From contig CBDCJH010000002.1 of NCBI GenBank assembly GCA_965217775.1, positions 2,272,001 to 2,336,000 on the forward strand: 64,000 nucleotides of DNA, read 5' to 3'. Below are positions 1-9,422 of this stretch, piece after piece. Both the position numbers and the translations under genes were made by a program. A model generated the notes under the pieces. It had not been told where the DNA came from. It did not search any database and worked only from the letters and a program-made list of their open reading frames with translations. The stretch is from Acidobacteriota bacterium (lineage in GTDB: Bacteria; Acidobacteriota; UBA6911; RPQK01; JAJDTT01). Numbering within the stretch: position 1 is the first letter of the stretch; every line of letters starts with the position of its first letter.

Positions 1-96
1 AAGGAATTCCTGCAGTTCCTGCGGGGACAGCTTCCCCACCCTCCCCCGCCAGCTCCGGTCTTCGTCCGACTCTCGAACCATCGCCGGATCACCATA
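1..96 (+). CDS. 3' end of an upstream gene (partial)
   Basis: Open frame KEFLQFLRGQLP...SP* ending TAG at 94-96; too short to assign a function. Confidence 0.35.
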
Positions 97-230
97 GCCC
101 AGTCGGCGGCGCCTCACAAGGGCGTCGCCGGTCGCTGGAACGCAACGGTTTCGCTCGTCCCGCACCGCCTCGAAATCGGGGGTGGCCAAGTTCGCATCCG
201 CTGATCTTTGACGGTATCCTTCTCTTCATC

Positions 231-1088
231 ATGGGGCTGACGACTTCCGCGGCACCGGAGTATCTGGAGGGGTCCACCGTCGAGGTGCTCCAGGACGTTT
301 CCCGCACCCAGCCCCCCCGTTGTGCCCTTTTCGACTTCGACGGCACCCTCAGCCTGATCCGAGAAGGTTGGCCCCAGATCATGATCCCCATGATGGTGGA
401 CATCCTGAAGCAGAGCGGCAGCGGCGAGAGCGATGAGGAGTTGGAGCGTGTGGTCACCGACTTCGTCACCGAGCTGACGGGCCGGCAGACCATCTACCAG
501 ATGATCCGACTGGCGGAGGAACTGGAAAAAAGAGGGGGAACACCTGCTGATCCGCAGGAATACAAGAGCCGCTATCTGGACCTCCTGATGGAGAAGATCC
601 GGCACCGGCGCCGGCGCCTGCGCACCGGCAAGGCCCTCCGCGCCGACTACCTGGTTCCGGGATCGGTCCGGATGCTGCGCGCCCTCCGGGAGCGGGGCGT
701 CCAGCTCTACCTGGCCAGCGGCACCGACGAGCAGTACGTCCGGGAAGAAGCACGCCTCCTGGAGCTGGACGGATTCTTCGGAAGCCATATCTACGGCGCC
801 CGGGAAGACTACGCGAACCACTCCAAGCGAAGGGTCATCGAACGAATCCTGCGGGAGAACCGGATCGACGGCGCCTCTCTGGTGGGGTTCGGGGACGGTT
901 ACGTGGAGATCGAAAACGTGAAATCGTGCGGCGGAATCGCCGTTGCCCTGGCCACCGACGAAGCTCATCCCGGCGGGGCTCCCGACCCCTGGAAACGAAC
1001 CCGGTTGAGCGCGGCGGGCGCCGACCTGTTGGTTCCCGACTTCCGGGACTGGAGGGTCCTCATCCGCTGCCTGTTCCCGCGAGTGTGA
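231..1088 (+). CDS. HAD-superfamily hydrolase/phosphatase
   Basis: Motif I FDFDGT, motif II ASGT, motif IV GFGDG..E; GC3-rich codons. Confidence 0.9.
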   Translation: MGLTTSAAPEYLEGSTVEVLQDVSRTQPPRCALFDFDGTLSLIREGWPQIMIPMMVDILKQSGSGESDEELERVVTDFVTELTGRQTIYQMIRLAEELEKRGGTPADPQEYKSRYLDLLMEKIRHRRRRLRTGKALRADYLVPGSVRMLRALRERGVQLYLASGTDEQYVREEARLLELDGFFGSHIYGAREDYANHSKRRVIERILRENRIDGASLVGFGDGYVEIENVKSCGGIAVALATDEAHPGGAPDPWKRTRLSAAGADLLVPDFRDWRVLIRCLFPRV

Positions 1089-1091
1089 AGA

Positions 1092-2096
1092 TTGCCCTTC
1101 CCCCAGTTCGACCGCAGCCGCCTGCGCCTTCTGCCCCTGAGCCGGCGGTCCCACGACCTGAAGGCGGAGGACGTGTTGAAGACCCCGGGAGGGAGTCGGG
1201 AGCCTTTCCGGCATCCGGCACTGCCCACACTGGCCCGGCGCATGGTGGACGCCTCGCGGGCGGGCCGGTCCGTCATCTTCGCCTGCGGCGCCCATGTCCT
1301 GCGGGAAGGCAACGCCCCGTTGCTCATCGATCTCATGGAGCGGGGAGTCCTCGGCCACCTGGCCCTCAACGGCGCGGGAGCCATTCACGATTTCGAGCTG
1401 GCGCTGGTGGGCGAGACCTGCGAGAGCGTTGCGCGCTACGTCGCCGAAGGACAGTTCGGACTCTGGCGGGAGACCGGACGCATCAACGAGGCCGCTTCGG
1501 CCGCGGTCCGCGACGGGATCGGCCTGGGGGAGGCGGTCGGCCGGATGATCCAGGAGGAGTCCTTTCCCTATCGGCGCGAGAGCGTCCTGGCCGCGGCCTA
1601 CCGGCTGCAGATCCCGGTTACGGTCCACGTCTCCATCGGCCAGGACATCATCCACCAGCACCCGGGATTCGACGGAGCCGCCACCGGGGCCGCCTCCTAT
1701 ACCGACTTCCTGATCTTCACCGAGTCGGTGACCCGCCTCGAGGGTGGAGTTTTTCTCAATATCGGGTCGGCCGTCATGGGACCCGAGATCTACCTGAAGG
1801 CCCTGGCCATGGCTCGCAACGTGGCTCACCGGGAAGGCCGGCGTATCGCCCACTTCACCACTGCCGTCTTCGACCTGGTTCCTCTGGGAGACACCTCCCG
1901 GGAGGCCGACAAGTCGGATGCCCGATACTATTTCCGGCCCTTCAAGACCATCCTGGTGCGCACCGTGGCCGACGGCGGCGAGAGCTACTACGTCCAGGGG
2001 AACCACGCAGCCACGGTACCTGCCCTCTACGATCTGGTCCTCGCCCGGCTTCAGGCAAGGGAGCTCTCCGCAGGCGATCCTTCACCGGACTCATGA
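1092..2096 (+). CDS. Uncharacterised deoxyhypusine-synthase-like fold protein (GSU2086-like)
   Basis: GAHVL, LALNGAGAIHDFE, HVSIGQDIIH and GSAVMGPE motifs recognised from memory; TTG start 3 nt after the HAD stop. Confidence 0.7.
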   Translation: MPFPQFDRSRLRLLPLSRRSHDLKAEDVLKTPGGSREPFRHPALPTLARRMVDASRAGRSVIFACGAHVLREGNAPLLIDLMERGVLGHLALNGAGAIHDFELALVGETCESVARYVAEGQFGLWRETGRINEAASAAVRDGIGLGEAVGRMIQEESFPYRRESVLAAAYRLQIPVTVHVSIGQDIIHQHPGFDGAATGAASYTDFLIFTESVTRLEGGVFLNIGSAVMGPEIYLKALAMARNVAHREGRRIAHFTTAVFDLVPLGDTSREADKSDARYYFRPFKTILVRTVADGGESYYVQGNHAATVPALYDLVLARLQARELSAGDPSPDS

Positions 2097-3154
2097 AGAG
2101 ATCGAGACTGGAAGAATTGACGGGCCGGTTCCCCTCCTGCCGGATCGCGGTCTTGGGGGATTTCTTTCTGGACCAGTATCTGGACGTCGATCCGGCCCTG
2201 GAGGAGAGGAGTCTGGAGACCGGAAAGAGAGCCCACCAGGTCGCCGCCGTACGCTCCAGTCCCGGCGCCGCCGGAACGGTGGTAAACAACCTGGTCTCGC
2301 TGGGCTGCGGCCAAGTCCACGCTCTGGGAATCATCGGAGATGACGGCCACGGATTCGAGTTGCGACAATATCTGGACCGGATCGGCTGCACGACCCGGGG
2401 ATTGCGGCGCCGGAAGGCATACCTGACTCCCACCTACCTGAAGCCGAGGGACCTGTTCCGGACGGGACTTTCCGGAGAGCACGAGCGCTATGACATCCGG
2501 ACCCGAGCCCCCACCTCCCCGGATCTCCTTCAGGAGATGTTGGCCGACCTGGAAGGTTTGCTGGATCGCGTCGACGCGGTCATCATCGAGGATCAGGTGG
2601 AAGAACCGGATTTGGGCGTCGTGACCGAAAGGGTCCGCGACGGCTTGGCGGATCTGGCCCGTCGTCACCCTCGGGTCGTCTTCTGGGCCGACAGCCGGGC
2701 CCAGATCCACCGCTTCCGCCGGATGATCCTGAAGCCGAACCAGTTCGAGGCGGTGCGGCGTTCCACCCCCGGACCCGGAGAGAAGGTCCCGGTCGAATCC
2801 ATCCGGCGGATCCTGCCCCGGTTCCGGGCGAGGGTCTCCGCTCCCATATGCGTGACCTTGGGTGATGCGGGAGCCCTGGTGACCGACCCGGAGATGGCGC
2901 GGGTGCCGGCCGTCCAAGTGGAAGGGCCGCTGGACGTGACCGGAGCGGGCGACAGCTTCACCGCCGGCGCGGTGTTGGCGCTGTGCAGCGGGGCGAGCCT
3001 CCCGGAATCCGCCCTGGTGGGCAATCTGGCGGCTTCGGTCACGATTCGGCAACTGTCCGTGACCGGCACGGCGACGCGCCGTCAACTGTCCCGGCGGCTG
3101 TCGCTCTGGAAGAAACAGAACGAGGAGCAATTTATGTCGGGGCGGCCCTTGTGA
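2093..3154 (+). CDS. PfkB-family carbohydrate kinase, RfaE/HldE kinase-domain-like
   Basis: IAVLGDFFLDQY, PGAAGTVVNN, KPNQFE and DVTGAGDSF (PfkB signature); ATG at 2093 overlaps the upstream stop (ATGA). Confidence 0.9.
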   Translation: MKRSRLEELTGRFPSCRIAVLGDFFLDQYLDVDPALEERSLETGKRAHQVAAVRSSPGAAGTVVNNLVSLGCGQVHALGIIGDDGHGFELRQYLDRIGCTTRGLRRRKAYLTPTYLKPRDLFRTGLSGEHERYDIRTRAPTSPDLLQEMLADLEGLLDRVDAVIIEDQVEEPDLGVVTERVRDGLADLARRHPRVVFWADSRAQIHRFRRMILKPNQFEAVRRSTPGPGEKVPVESIRRILPRFRARVSAPICVTLGDAGALVTDPEMARVPAVQVEGPLDVTGAGDSFTAGAVLALCSGASLPESALVGNLAASVTIRQLSVTGTATRRQLSRRLSLWKKQNEEQFMSGRPL

Positions 3155-3242
3155 CCGTCCTGCCCCGCTTTCGGCCGGGATGCAGCACCGGTCGAGTTCG
3201 CAGGCGGCGATTGCCGCAGGCTGCTGGCAGGAGAGCACGACC

Positions 3243-4406
3243 ATGATCCTGAAGACACTGGAATTTCTCGACCCCCTTTGGCTGGGACTGGCCCTGGTGA
3301 TCCTGACCGGACTGACCAGTTGCGCATCCCCTCCGAAAAAGCCGGCGCCCGCACCCCGGTTGCTGGTCCTGAAGAATGGACTTTCCCAGGTCACGCTGGA
3401 CCGCTGGGGCGGCGGTATCATCGACATCCACTTCCTGGACCACGCGGTCAATCCGCTGAGCTGGCGGGCCACGGAGGACATCGAACCGTTGAACCCGGAC
3501 GAACCGAACCTGCAGGGGCATTTCATCTGCTTTGATCGCTGGGGCGCCCCATCTCCGGCCGAGGAGAAGATGGGGATGCCCTACCACGGCGAAGCCCCGC
3601 GGGTGGTCTGGGAACGGCTCGGCCCTGGCGCAGATGAACCCTCGGACCACGGGCTCCGCATGGGGTGCACCCTTCCCTTGGCGGGTATGGAAGTGACGCG
3701 TACCGTCCGGCTCCAGGAGAAGGAGGCGTCCCTCACGGTGACTGAACAAGTCACCAACGTCCGGGCGGCGGGACGCGTCTACAACCTGGTGCAACATCCC
3801 AGCATCGCCCCTCCCTTCCTGGACGACACCACGATCGTGGACTGCAACGCCTCCCATGGGTTGGTCCAGGAAGAACCGGTGCCCCAATCGACGGACGACG
3901 CCGACCACTGGCCTCGGATCTCCATTGGAGGGACGCCGGCGAACCTTCGTTTCTTCCGCGGCACCGAGGATGGCGCCTCGGGACACGACGTCACCGCGTT
4001 CATCTTCGATCCCGGAGTCGAGTACGGCTGGGTGACGGCCGCGACACCTTCGGCCGGCCTTCTGGTGGGGTATCTCTGGAAGATCTCCGAGTACCCTTGG
4101 CTCAACATGTGGCGTTACCGGCAGCAGGGAAAAGTGAGCGCCCGCGGGCTCGAGTTCGGGACGACGGGGATCCACCAGCCGTTCCCGACCCTGCTCCAGT
4201 TGGGAAAAGTGCTGGACCGAGGAGTCTACGAGTACCTGGATGCGGGGGAGACGGACACCCGGAGCTACATCCTGTTTCTGGCGCGGGTCCCGCACGATTT
4301 CCAAGGCGTGGAGTCCGCCGAATACGATGGCGCCCAACTCCGCATCCGGGAGCGTCGCGATGACCAACCCAGAAGCCTGACCGTCGAGGTAGGGGCCCTG
4401 CCCTGA
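3243..4406 (+). CDS. Putative lipoprotein, galactose-mutarotase/aldose-epimerase-like fold
   Basis: Hydrophobic N-terminus with lipobox LTSC; HGEA, QHP and GLEF residues resemble the aldose epimerase superfamily. Confidence 0.6.
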   Translation: MILKTLEFLDPLWLGLALVILTGLTSCASPPKKPAPAPRLLVLKNGLSQVTLDRWGGGIIDIHFLDHAVNPLSWRATEDIEPLNPDEPNLQGHFICFDRWGAPSPAEEKMGMPYHGEAPRVVWERLGPGADEPSDHGLRMGCTLPLAGMEVTRTVRLQEKEASLTVTEQVTNVRAAGRVYNLVQHPSIAPPFLDDTTIVDCNASHGLVQEEPVPQSTDDADHWPRISIGGTPANLRFFRGTEDGASGHDVTAFIFDPGVEYGWVTAATPSAGLLVGYLWKISEYPWLNMWRYRQQGKVSARGLEFGTTGIHQPFPTLLQLGKVLDRGVYEYLDAGETDTRSYILFLARVPHDFQGVESAEYDGAQLRIRERRDDQPRSLTVEVGALP

Positions 4407-4451
4407 CCGTCCATGGCCTGATCGACTGACTCGGAAGAAGGAGAGGAATCG

Positions 4452-5720
4452 ATGAAAAGGATGTTCGGCCATCCCCGGCTCAGCCTGATGATGTTCCTGC
4501 AGTACGCCATCTGGGGGGCCTGGGCTCCGGCCCTGGCCGGGTACCTGGAAGCGCAATTGGGGTTCTCGGGATGGGGGTTGGGGCTGATCTACGCTGCTTT
4601 TCCTTTGGCCAACCTGGTGGCTCCCTTCACCGGAGGCCAAGTGGCGGACCGCTGGCTTCCGACCCAGGTGGCGCTGGCCATCTTTCATCTGCTGGGCGCC
4701 GGATTCCTGCTCTGGATGGCCTACAGCGAGACCCTGAGCGCCATGTTGATCCTGATGCTCCTGTACTGCCTGGTCTTCGCGCCCACCCTGGCCCTGACCA
4801 ATGCCCTGGCCTTTCAGCATCTGGCCGACGGACAGCGGGACTTCGGACCCATCCGGGTCTGGGGCACATTGGGTTGGATCGGCGCCAACTGGGCCCTGAC
4901 CGGGATGCGGGTCCTGTTCGACACCGAGTCGGCCGGCTACATCGACACCTTCGTCCTGGCGGCCGGTTTTTCCCTGATCCTGGGCCTCTTCTCCCTGGCG
5001 CTTCCCCACACGCCTCCCTCCCGGGAGGCTTCGGATCCCCTGGCCTTCAGGAAATCGTTCGGGCTGCTCAAGGACCGGAACTACCTCAGCTTCTTCATCA
5101 TCGCTTTCGTGGTGGCCACCGAGCTCCAGCTCTACTACATCCTCACCTTCCCCTATCTCCAGACCATCGGTCCCGCGGTGGGCATCACCTCCGAGAATCT
5201 GCCCGCCTGGATGACCATCGGACAGATCGCCGAGATCTTCACCATGGCGTTGATCCTCCCCTACGCCCTCTCCCGCTGGGGGGTGCGGGTCTCCATGCTG
5301 GTGGGCATCCTGGCCTGGCCCGTCCGGTATGTCATCTTCGCGGCCGCCTGGCCGCTGTACGAGAGCGCTCCGGTGCTGGTCTGGGTCGTCGTGGGATCAC
5401 TGAGCCTGCACGGTTTCTGCTACGTCTTCTTCTTCGTGGTGGCGTTCATCTACACGGACATGGTGGCGCCGGCCGACATCCGCGCTTCCGCCCAGTCGCT
5501 GATCAACGTGGCGGTCCTGGGCATCGGACTGTTCATCGGGAGCCTGTTCTCGGGCTGGCTCAAGGAGGTGGCCACGGTGGGTGAAACGACTCGTTACGAT
5601 GTCGTCTTCGCCGTCCCCGCGGTCATTACGGCCCTCTGCGCACTCGTTTTCTGGCGAGTCTTCCGGGAGCCGGGGACGGGTCCCGGATCGGGCGCCCGTT
5701 CGGAAAGAATCGCCGCCTGA
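4452..5720 (+). CDS. MFS transporter, nucleoside:H+ symporter (NupG/YegT) family
   Basis: MMFLQYAIWGAW, IRVWGTLGWI, GQIAEI and LHGFCY motifs; about 12 TM segments. Confidence 0.9.
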   Translation: MKRMFGHPRLSLMMFLQYAIWGAWAPALAGYLEAQLGFSGWGLGLIYAAFPLANLVAPFTGGQVADRWLPTQVALAIFHLLGAGFLLWMAYSETLSAMLILMLLYCLVFAPTLALTNALAFQHLADGQRDFGPIRVWGTLGWIGANWALTGMRVLFDTESAGYIDTFVLAAGFSLILGLFSLALPHTPPSREASDPLAFRKSFGLLKDRNYLSFFIIAFVVATELQLYYILTFPYLQTIGPAVGITSENLPAWMTIGQIAEIFTMALILPYALSRWGVRVSMLVGILAWPVRYVIFAAAWPLYESAPVLVWVVVGSLSLHGFCYVFFFVVAFIYTDMVAPADIRASAQSLINVAVLGIGLFIGSLFSGWLKEVATVGETTRYDVVFAVPAVITALCALVFWRVFREPGTGPGSGARSERIAA

Positions 5721-5833
5721 GGAGCGGCGGTTTCCAACCGCCGAAAAGGAGCGGCGGTTTCCAGCCGCCGAACTCCGAAATCGCGTCCATGAGCCCACCG
5801 GGGAAGGAATGGGCGATTGGAAATCGCCCCTCC
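5721..5833. repeat. REP-like palindromic repeats (two direct copies and one inverted copy)
   Basis: GGAGCGGCGGTTTCCA(A/G)CCGCCG at 5721-5743 and 5748-5770; inverted variant GGAGGGGCGATTTCCAATCGCCC at 5811-5833; located between convergent genes. Confidence 0.8.
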
Positions 5834-5840
5834 AGGCAGC

Positions 5841-7796
5841 CTACCCGCCGATCCCGGCCAGCGTTACGGTGAGCCAGATCAAGCCTCCCACCGCCACCCA
5901 GGCCAGACCGAATCCGACCAGCCCCACCACGCCCGGACGGGGAATCTCCAGTCCGGCCGCCGAGAACAGCTTTTCGGTCTCGGCCGGCAACGGATTCTCC
6001 GGGAGGGTACAAGGCTCGTCGATCTTTTCGCCCTCCCGGACCGGAGTGTGGATGAGACGGAAGAAATGGTCCAGCTTGGCCCGGGCGACGGGCCGGGTCA
6101 GAAAGCTGGTGACCAGACCGGCCGCCGCGCCGAATGAGAGATAAATGAGAATCTGGTAGGGAAGGCGGGTCCGGTAGGCGACTTCGCCTCCCGCCCCCTG
6201 GACCACCTGCATGATTCCGGGAACCTGCTCGTAGAGCCAGCCCCGAACCAGGCCGGGAAGATAGTCGATGTTGAGCTGGAAGAACTGGGAGCTGCCCAGG
6301 GCGGCGATGGTCTCGAACGGATTGTGAGTCTGGGTCAGGTACCAGGCCAGAGCCGTGGCGATGGTGGAGGCCCAGACCGCCCTGGCCGTGTAGCCCCTCC
6401 ACGTGATACCGAACCAGAAGGCCAGGCCCATGAAGGTGGGGATGGGCTGGATGTAGCGGGTCAGGACCTGAATCACGTTGTCGAACTGGGTGAGCATCAG
6501 CAGCGCCAGGCAAACGATCCCCAGGCCGGTCAGGCGCCCGACCCACAGATAGTGACGCTCACTGCCGCGGGGACGGATGAAGCGCTTGTAGATGTTCTCG
6601 GTGAAGAGCCCGGACCCCACCACCATCTGGGCATCGCAGGTGCTCATCACCGCCGCCAGCAGTGCAGCCATGAGGAGTCCCACGAGGCCGACCGATATGG
6701 TGGGAAGAATGTCGTGGGCGGCCCGTCCGAAGACCTGGTTGGCGAAGGCGGCCAGCGCACCGGGATCGGCCTGGACCCGCTGGATCTCGGCGGCCGACAG
6801 GTACCCGTTCTCGGGCGTCAGGTAGATGATGATGCAAGCCAGCCCGGTGAAGGTCCAGGCGATGGTGCAGAACCGCTTGATGAAGTTGCCGACGGTGAAG
6901 CCGAACCGTCCCTCGAACTCGGTGCGTCCGGCGCCGCAGACCCCCATGATGTGGGGCTGGACCACGATTCCGATAAGCCCGGTGAGAGAGAGCATCACCA
7001 CATAGAAGAGGGTGATGGGCTCCTGCCCCATCAGGCTGCTGACTTCCTCCGTGACCGTGAGGCTCAACAGCTCGGAGCCGCTCCGGCCCGGAACGCCCTG
7101 GTGCAGCGCCGCGAATCCGCTGGAGGTTCCGGCGACCCGGGCCGCGGCGGTAAACGCGAAGGGGAGGAGCAGGAAGGAGAAGACGATGGTCAGGACGCCC
7201 TGGATGAAGTCGGTGATGATGGCGGCGCCCAGACCTCCGGCCATCCCGTAGAGGACGAAGAGCACCGTCATCCCGGCGACGGCATATTCCATTGGGAAAT
7301 AAGGCTTTCCCGTTGCCGGGTCGGTGCCTCCCGCAAGTCCTTCGATCATCTCGCCGCTGCCATACAGGGCGCCCGCCATGAAGACCACGGACATGACGAT
7401 CCCCAGGCACGAATAGAGCGTGGCGGTGGATGAATCGTAACGGGCCTGGAAGAAATCGCTGGTGGTCAAGGCCCGCATGCGGCGAAAGACGGGAGCGATG
7501 ATCCAGTAGAAGGGTGTGGCCCAGAGCCACAGAAACTGGTACCAGATCCCGGCCAGTCCGTAGCGGAAGGACCCGGCGGCGACGCTGAGGGCCTGCTCGC
7601 TGCTGGTTCCGACTCCGAAGGCGAAGAACATCATGAAGACCTTGCCGAAGCGGCGTCCCCCCATGAAGAAGTCGGTGAGATCCTTCACCTTCCGGTAGGA
7701 CCAGAATCCGATGAAGGAGACCGCCAGCAGGTAGACCATCAGGACGATCCAGTCCACCCAATGCAGTCCCAGCCAGATGGATTGAGTCAGGATCAT
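5841..7796 (-). CDS. Sodium:solute symporter (SSS family)
   Basis: DFFMGGR, TDFIQG and AAVMST motifs; 13-14 TM segments; purine-rich RBS before ATG 7796. Confidence 0.9.
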   Translation of the reverse strand: MILTQSIWLGLHWVDWIVLMVYLLAVSFIGFWSYRKVKDLTDFFMGGRRFGKVFMMFFAFGVGTSSEQALSVAAGSFRYGLAGIWYQFLWLWATPFYWIIAPVFRRMRALTTSDFFQARYDSSTATLYSCLGIVMSVVFMAGALYGSGEMIEGLAGGTDPATGKPYFPMEYAVAGMTVLFVLYGMAGGLGAAIITDFIQGVLTIVFSFLLLPFAFTAAARVAGTSSGFAALHQGVPGRSGSELLSLTVTEEVSSLMGQEPITLFYVVMLSLTGLIGIVVQPHIMGVCGAGRTEFEGRFGFTVGNFIKRFCTIAWTFTGLACIIIYLTPENGYLSAAEIQRVQADPGALAAFANQVFGRAAHDILPTISVGLVGLLMAALLAAVMSTCDAQMVVGSGLFTENIYKRFIRPRGSERHYLWVGRLTGLGIVCLALLMLTQFDNVIQVLTRYIQPIPTFMGLAFWFGITWRGYTARAVWASTIATALAWYLTQTHNPFETIAALGSSQFFQLNIDYLPGLVRGWLYEQVPGIMQVVQGAGGEVAYRTRLPYQILIYLSFGAAAGLVTSFLTRPVARAKLDHFFRLIHTPVREGEKIDEPCTLPENPLPAETEKLFSAAGLEIPRPGVVGLVGFGLAWVAVGGLIWLTVTLAGIGG

Positions 7797-7855
7797 GCGC
7801 TTCTCTTCCCCTCGGTCCCCGGGAAGCAGGACCCGCACATCCTCTCAGAAAATGT

Positions 7856-9295
7856 TCAGATAGTCAGGACCCGGAGCAGATCGGTTCCACCGGAAAGGCC
7901 GATGGGGACGCCGGCCACCAGCACCACCAGCGCCCCTTTCTTGAGACCGGCGCGGCGCACGGCTTCCTCCCGGGCCCGGTCGAAGAAGTCGTCGGTCTGC
8001 TCCAGGCTTCCGGTGGTCACCGGCTGGACCCCCCAGGTAACGGTCAAGGATCGGCGCGTCCGCTCGTTGTGGACCAGAGCCAGGACCGGCGTCTGGGGCC
8101 GGTACTTGGAGACCCGTTTCGCGGTGCCCCCCGATTCGGTGAATGCCACGATCAGGGAGGCGCCCAGTTGATGGGCCGTCTGGCAGGCATTGTAGGAGAT
8201 GGCGTCGTCGGTCAGGGGCTCCAGATGGTCTCGCTTGTCCACCAGCATGGCATCGTAGGGAAGGGCTTTTTCGGCCTCCATCGACACCTCCGCCATGAAC
8301 CGGACCGCTTCCAGGGGATACCGCCCAATGGAAGTCTCGCCTGAGAGCATGACGGCGTCCGTGCCGTCGAACACGGCGTTGGCCACGTCGGCCACCTCGG
8401 CCCGCGTCGGAACCGGCAGGGAAATCATGGACTCGAGCATCTGCGTGGCCGTGATCACCGGTTTTCCCAGCTCGTTGCAGAGGCCGATGAGCTCCTTCTG
8501 GACGATGGGAACCCGGGCCAGCCGGATCTCCGTTCCCAGGTCTCCCCGGGCCACGATGATGCCGTCGCTCACGTCGATGATGGACGCCTGATTGGTGACG
8601 GCCCGGGCACGTTCGACCTTCGAATAAATTCCTCCGGCGAACCCCATTGCCCACAGGATCTCGCGGGCTTTCAACACGTCATCGGATGTGGTCACTGTGG
8701 AGAGTGCGACGAAGTCCGCCTTCTGCCGAGCGGCAAATCCCATTGCGGCCGTTGCTTTTTGGTCGGGAAAAGGCTGGGAGGGTTCGACGCCCGGAGTCGT
8801 GACTCCCCGACCCGGAGTGATTCGACCCGCGGTGAGAGCCTCGCAGAGAACGTCCACGCCCTGAACCTCCCGGACCTCCAGGGTAATCATTCCGTCGTTC
8901 AGAAGGACCCGGTTTCCAGCCCGGGCGTCCCGGTGGATTCCCGCAGGTTTCACCGGCACCACGAGATCTTCCTCGCCCGTCCCGCTCTGCCGGCTGGTGA
9001 GCGTGACCCGTCGACCCACTTCGAAGGAGAGTGATCCCGACGGAATATCACCCGTCCGGTACTTGGGGCCGGGCACGTCCACCATGATCCCCACGGGTTG
9101 TTTCAGTTCCTCGGCGATGGCGCGAACGTGGCCGAACGCCGTCACGTGGTCCTCCAGGGTCCCGTGGGCCATGTTGAGGCGGGCGACGTTCATGCCGGCC
9201 TCGACCATTTGCCGAATGCTGGAACGGGATTGCACCGACGGGCCCAGAGTGCAGACGATCTTGGTTCGGGGCCGGCTCCTGCTGGAGAACATCAT
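7856..9295 (-). CDS. pyk: Pyruvate kinase
   Basis: TKIVCTLGP, ARLNMAHG, VARGDLG, ATQMLESM, PTRAE and DAVMLSGETS. Confidence 0.97.
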   Translation of the reverse strand: MMFSSRSRPRTKIVCTLGPSVQSRSSIRQMVEAGMNVARLNMAHGTLEDHVTAFGHVRAIAEELKQPVGIMVDVPGPKYRTGDIPSGSLSFEVGRRVTLTSRQSGTGEEDLVVPVKPAGIHRDARAGNRVLLNDGMITLEVREVQGVDVLCEALTAGRITPGRGVTTPGVEPSQPFPDQKATAAMGFAARQKADFVALSTVTTSDDVLKAREILWAMGFAGGIYSKVERARAVTNQASIIDVSDGIIVARGDLGTEIRLARVPIVQKELIGLCNELGKPVITATQMLESMISLPVPTRAEVADVANAVFDGTDAVMLSGETSIGRYPLEAVRFMAEVSMEAEKALPYDAMLVDKRDHLEPLTDDAISYNACQTAHQLGASLIVAFTESGGTAKRVSKYRPQTPVLALVHNERTRRSLTVTWGVQPVTTGSLEQTDDFFDRAREEAVRRAGLKKGALVVLVAGVPIGLSGGTDLLRVLTI

Positions 9296-9422
9296 TGGGG
9301 GTTGGACCGTGTTTGGGAGCCCTGTGGAGTCCAGCTTACTACGGGAGGCTGAAACAAGACCAGATCGAATCCCTCCCAGGACCGTGGACCCCGTCGAATT
9401 ATTCGACTATTCTCACAATTCA

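Noticed and set aside
926-2092. Long N-terminal extensions of the kinase, sulfatase (8997), deacylase (11273) and IS110 (16143) ORFs
   Set aside because: They overlap other genes or the structured leader; downstream starts with an RBS or translational coupling fit better.
5721-5770. Possible CRISPR repeats
   Set aside because: Only two direct copies 4 bp apart, no spacers and no cas genes.
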